IMG/VR virus record: IMGVR_UViG_3300012943_000030
Span: 43,698 to 107,697 of that record
DNA from: a virus
Taxonomy: Duplodnaviria; Heunggongvirae; Uroviricota; Caudoviricetes
Length of the DNA stretch: 64,000 bases
Direction: 5' to 3' (one strand)
The notes below the pieces were generated by a model. The model saw nothing but the letters and a program-made list of their open reading frames with translations. It ran no database searches and had not been told where the DNA came from. How positions within the stretch are numbered: position 1 is the stretch's first letter; every line of letters begins with the position of its first letter. Of the stretch, positions 61,409 through 64,000 are shown piece by piece. A program made the translations under genes and the position numbers.

Positions 61409-63373
61409 GTGGTCAAGACCATCGAGCAGAAGTTCAAGAAGTTGTCCGAGGTAGAGCATGTGTTGCTCCGCCCGGGCCGCTACATTGGCGCAATCACGCC
61501 ACATACCGAAACCGCCCACGTCTATGACCTCGCGACGAAGCGAATGGTCAAGAAGGAAGTCACCTACAATCCTGGCTTCATCAAGCTTTTCGATGAGGTC
61601 ATCTCCAACTCAGTCGACCACTCGAAGCGTCCTGAAGGCAAGCACCTCGACACCATCCGCGTCGAGGTAGACGCCGAGAAGGGAGAGATCAGCATCTACG
61701 ACAACGGCGGTATCCCTGTTGTCAAGCACAAGGAATACAATCAGTGGATCGCTGAGATGATCTTCGAGCTGCGCGCTGGCTCCAACTTCGACGACAACGA
61801 CCAGGCGATGCTCACTGGTCAGAATGGTGAAGGTGCTGCCCTCACCAACATCTTCTCCGAGAAGTTCATCGTCGAGACCTGCGACGGCAAGCAGAAGTTC
61901 AAGATGGTCTTCGAGGCGAACTCGCAGGACCGCAAGCCACCAAAGATCACCGACGCTGAAGGCACGAAGGGTTACACGCGCATCACATGGCGCACCGACT
62001 TTCCGAAGCTCGGCATGACCGGCATCGACCAGGACAACCTTGACATGCTGCTCAAGCGCGTCGTCGATGTGGCAGGCATCAACACTCACCTCAAGGTCTA
62101 CTGGAACGGTGATCGCATCCCGACCCGCACGTTCAAGGACTACGTCGAGCTCTACACCGGCGAGGAAGGCGAGTATGCCTTCGACCAGACTGACAACTGG
62201 CGCGTCGCCGTGGCAGCCGCTGCCACCGATGCTGACGGCTTCCAGCACGTCTCATTCGTCAACGGCACGAACACGAAGATCGGTGGAACGCACGTCACGT
62301 ACGTCATCAACCAGGTCGTGGACGCGCTGCGCGAATTCATCAAGAAGCGCCACAAGGTGGAGGTCAAGCCGGCCGACATTCGCCAGCACCTCACCCTCTT
62401 CCTTGACTGCAGCATCGTCAACCCTCGCTACTCGTCGCAGACGAAGGAAGACCTCATGACCGAGGTCAAGGACTACAAGACGACGTGGACGGTGCCAGAC
62501 AAGATGATCCACAAGATCGTCAAGTCGTCCATTATCCAGGCCATCCTCGACTGGGTGCTGGCAAAGCAGAAGATGGAGGAGCTGCGCGATCTTCGTAAGC
62601 TCAACAAGGACCTCGACAAGGCCAACCCCAAGCGCATCGACAAGTTCAATGATGCCAGCGAGAAGATCGACCGCAGCAAGTGCACGCTCTTCCTCGCCGA
62701 AGGAGACTCGGCCTCGAAGTCCCTCTTCGCCACCGCAGACCACTCGCTGGTTGCAACCTTCCCGCTCAAGGGCAAGCCGCTCAACGTACGCGAGAAGGAA
62801 ATCGCCCGCGTGCTCGGCCTTGACAAGCGGAAGGAAGGCAAGACGGAGCCAAACGAAATCCAGAAGATCCTCACGATCATCGGCCTGCAGATCGGCGTCA
62901 AGGTCAACACGCTTCGCGAGCTGCGGTTCGGACGTGTCGCCTTCGCCACAGACGCTGACGTCGATGGCGCCCATATCTCTGGCCTGCTCATCAACCTCTT
63001 CGACCACTTCTGGCCGGAGCTCTTCGAGATGGGCTTCGTCCACATCCTCCGCACGCCGATCGTGAAGGTGTACGTGAAGGACAAGGTCGCTCACGAGTTC
63101 TTCACTGAGCGCGAGTTCAAGGCGTGGGTGAAGAAGGACGGCGAGAAGCTGCGCGGCTGGACGCATCGCTACTTCAAGGGTCTCGGCACGACGAAGACAC
63201 CAGACTTCAAGCCCTACATGGAGAACCTGGACAAGTACCTCTTCAAGATCACCGTCCGCGATGCTGCCGATAAGGCTGCAATCGACCTCGCGTTCAACGG
63301 CCAGCGGGCAGATGATCGCAAGTCCTGGCTTGAAACGCCAGCCGCCAACTTCGAAGAATTCATCGAGGCCTGA
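61409..63373 (+). CDS. type II DNA topoisomerase large subunit (GyrB/T4 gp39-like ATPase plus TOPRIM)
   Basis: GHKL ATPase motifs (NSVDHSKR, GQNGEGA), TOPRIM EGDSA (LFLAEGDSASKS). Confidence 0.8.
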   Translation: MVKTIEQKFKKLSEVEHVLLRPGRYIGAITPHTETAHVYDLATKRMVKKEVTYNPGFIKLFDEVISNSVDHSKRPEGKHLDTIRVEVDAEKGEISIYDNGGIPVVKHKEYNQWIAEMIFELRAGSNFDDNDQAMLTGQNGEGAALTNIFSEKFIVETCDGKQKFKMVFEANSQDRKPPKITDAEGTKGYTRITWRTDFPKLGMTGIDQDNLDMLLKRVVDVAGINTHLKVYWNGDRIPTRTFKDYVELYTGEEGEYAFDQTDNWRVAVAAAATDADGFQHVSFVNGTNTKIGGTHVTYVINQVVDALREFIKKRHKVEVKPADIRQHLTLFLDCSIVNPRYSSQTKEDLMTEVKDYKTTWTVPDKMIHKIVKSSIIQAILDWVLAKQKMEELRDLRKLNKDLDKANPKRIDKFNDASEKIDRSKCTLFLAEGDSASKSLFATADHSLVATFPLKGKPLNVREKEIARVLGLDKRKEGKTEPNEIQKILTIIGLQIGVKVNTLRELRFGRVAFATDADVDGAHISGLLINLFDHFWPELFEMGFVHILRTPIVKVYVKDKVAHEFFTEREFKAWVKKDGEKLRGWTHRYFKGLGTTKTPDFKPYMENLDKYLFKITVRDAADKAAIDLAFNGQRADDRKSWLETPAANFEEFIEA

Positions 63374-63527
63374 TAGTGGTCAAGCAGCGAAAAACGCCAC
63401 GCACCGACCGCGTCGCAACTGACGGATGGAGCGGGGATGCCGCCGCCGTTCCAGTTGAATTTGCCCAAAAGCTGGAACTTGAACTCCAGGACGCGAAGCG
63501 CGAGCTTCGCAAGCTGAGGAAAAACAA

Positions 63528-63857
63528 ATGAACAAGACGGACGCAGAGCGAGCCTACTTCTCGAGGATGTACGGACAGACGCATCACGTCTCGTCTGTCG
63601 AGAAGCTGCCAAGTTCCGCGATTTACATCGTGCTGCAGAACGAGCAGCGCTCATACACTGACCCATACCACGACACCAACCCGTCGGGCATGAACACGAT
63701 CACTGACAGCCACCTTGGTGTGATATGGTTCGAGACCGAAGAGGCGCTCAACTGGTGGATCCTCAAGGAGAAGGAGGACCGCAGCGGCAAATCGTACCGC
63801 GTGTTCCACCTTCGGCCCGTGGAGGTGGAGATCAAGTCATCGGTCAAGATCACCTAA
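63528..63857 (+). CDS. hypothetical protein
   Basis: 109 aa. Confidence 0.4.
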   Translation: MNKTDAERAYFSRMYGQTHHVSSVEKLPSSAIYIVLQNEQRSYTDPYHDTNPSGMNTITDSHLGVIWFETEEALNWWILKEKEDRSGKSYRVFHLRPVEVEIKSSVKIT

Positions 63858-63893
63858 GGGCACATTATGTTAAATGTACTTCCCGTCAGGTTC
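63854..63893 (+). promoter_or_regulatory. conserved phage promoter P6
   Basis: ATTATGTTAAATGTACT-N17-TATAAT. Confidence 0.55.
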
Positions 63894-63932
63894 ATGGTAT
63901 AATGGGTTATGGCAACCAAGGGAACCAACACG

Positions 63933-64000
63933 ATGACTGACCACGCTGCCCACAACAGCCGCCAGATCCGCGCGCAGCACTTCATGAACTCAGCGTTCAA
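63933..64000 (+). CDS. hypothetical protein (3' end outside window)
   Basis: ATG about 40 nt downstream of P6. Open to the window end. Confidence 0.25.
   Translation, partial: MTDHAAHNSRQIRAQHFMNSAF

Noticed and set aside
62252-63166. 304-aa and 203-aa - strand ORFs inside the topoisomerase gene
   Set aside because: The + strand ORF has GHKL and TOPRIM motifs. The antisense ORFs are Arg/Leu/Asp-rich artefacts.
1-64000. CRISPR arrays, integrase/att sites, rRNA genes
   Set aside because: No spaced direct repeats, tyrosine/serine recombinase genes or rRNA-like sequence were seen. The region reads as a lytic phage segment.

Overview
This window looks like part of a large, high-GC lytic phage genome of the T4-like/jumbo type. 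Nearly all genes sit on the + strand, many adjacent genes overlap at ATGA junctions, and T4-like late-promoter cores (G/C-G-TAAATA) recur in front of genes. From 1.5 to 7.4 kb there is a dense array of about 29 tRNA genes with encoded CCA and a conserved ATTTC(AATG) spacer. Small genes, peptide deformylase and an SGNH-like hydrolase gene on the - strand are embedded in that array. Right after it come a peptide deformylase gene and an RF1/PrfH-like release-factor gene interrupted by an in-frame UGA at a conserved Trp position. Other recognisable genes are a Ro60/TROVE-vWA homologue with about 590 nt of non-coding DNA upstream, DHFR, a ThyA-family enzyme, dNMP-kinase-like and guanylate-kinase-like genes, MazG, Nudix, a 5'-nucleotidase, a DinG-like helicase, CoaD, a topoisomerase II large subunit, three tail-fibre genes, a secreted nuclease, homing endonucleases (GIY-YIG, HNH), an SPFH protein plus P-loop ATPase, a SpoT-like HD hydrolase and a NADAR protein. 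Two candidate novel systems stand out. The first is an about 10-kb biosynthetic island (45.7-55.4 kb) with a DHQS-like sugar-phosphate cyclase, an APH-like kinase, a nucleotidyltransferase, an SDR, a metallophosphoesterase, 5 SGNH/GDSL-like paralogues and 3 members of an unknown transferase-like family, which resembles an NDP-cyclitol/pseudosugar pathway. The second (29.7-34.5 kb) pairs a thymidylate-kinase-like gene, a possible T4-BGT-like glycosyltransferase, UDP-galactopyranose mutase and a guanylate-kinase-like gene, consistent with glycosylating DNA hypermodification. A six-copy promoter family (TTATGTTAA element, TGTACA -35, TAtAAT -10) and rho-independent terminators ending in CCCTTTCTTTTG are also visible. 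All tRNA anticodons and homologies were assigned by eye and need software confirmation.
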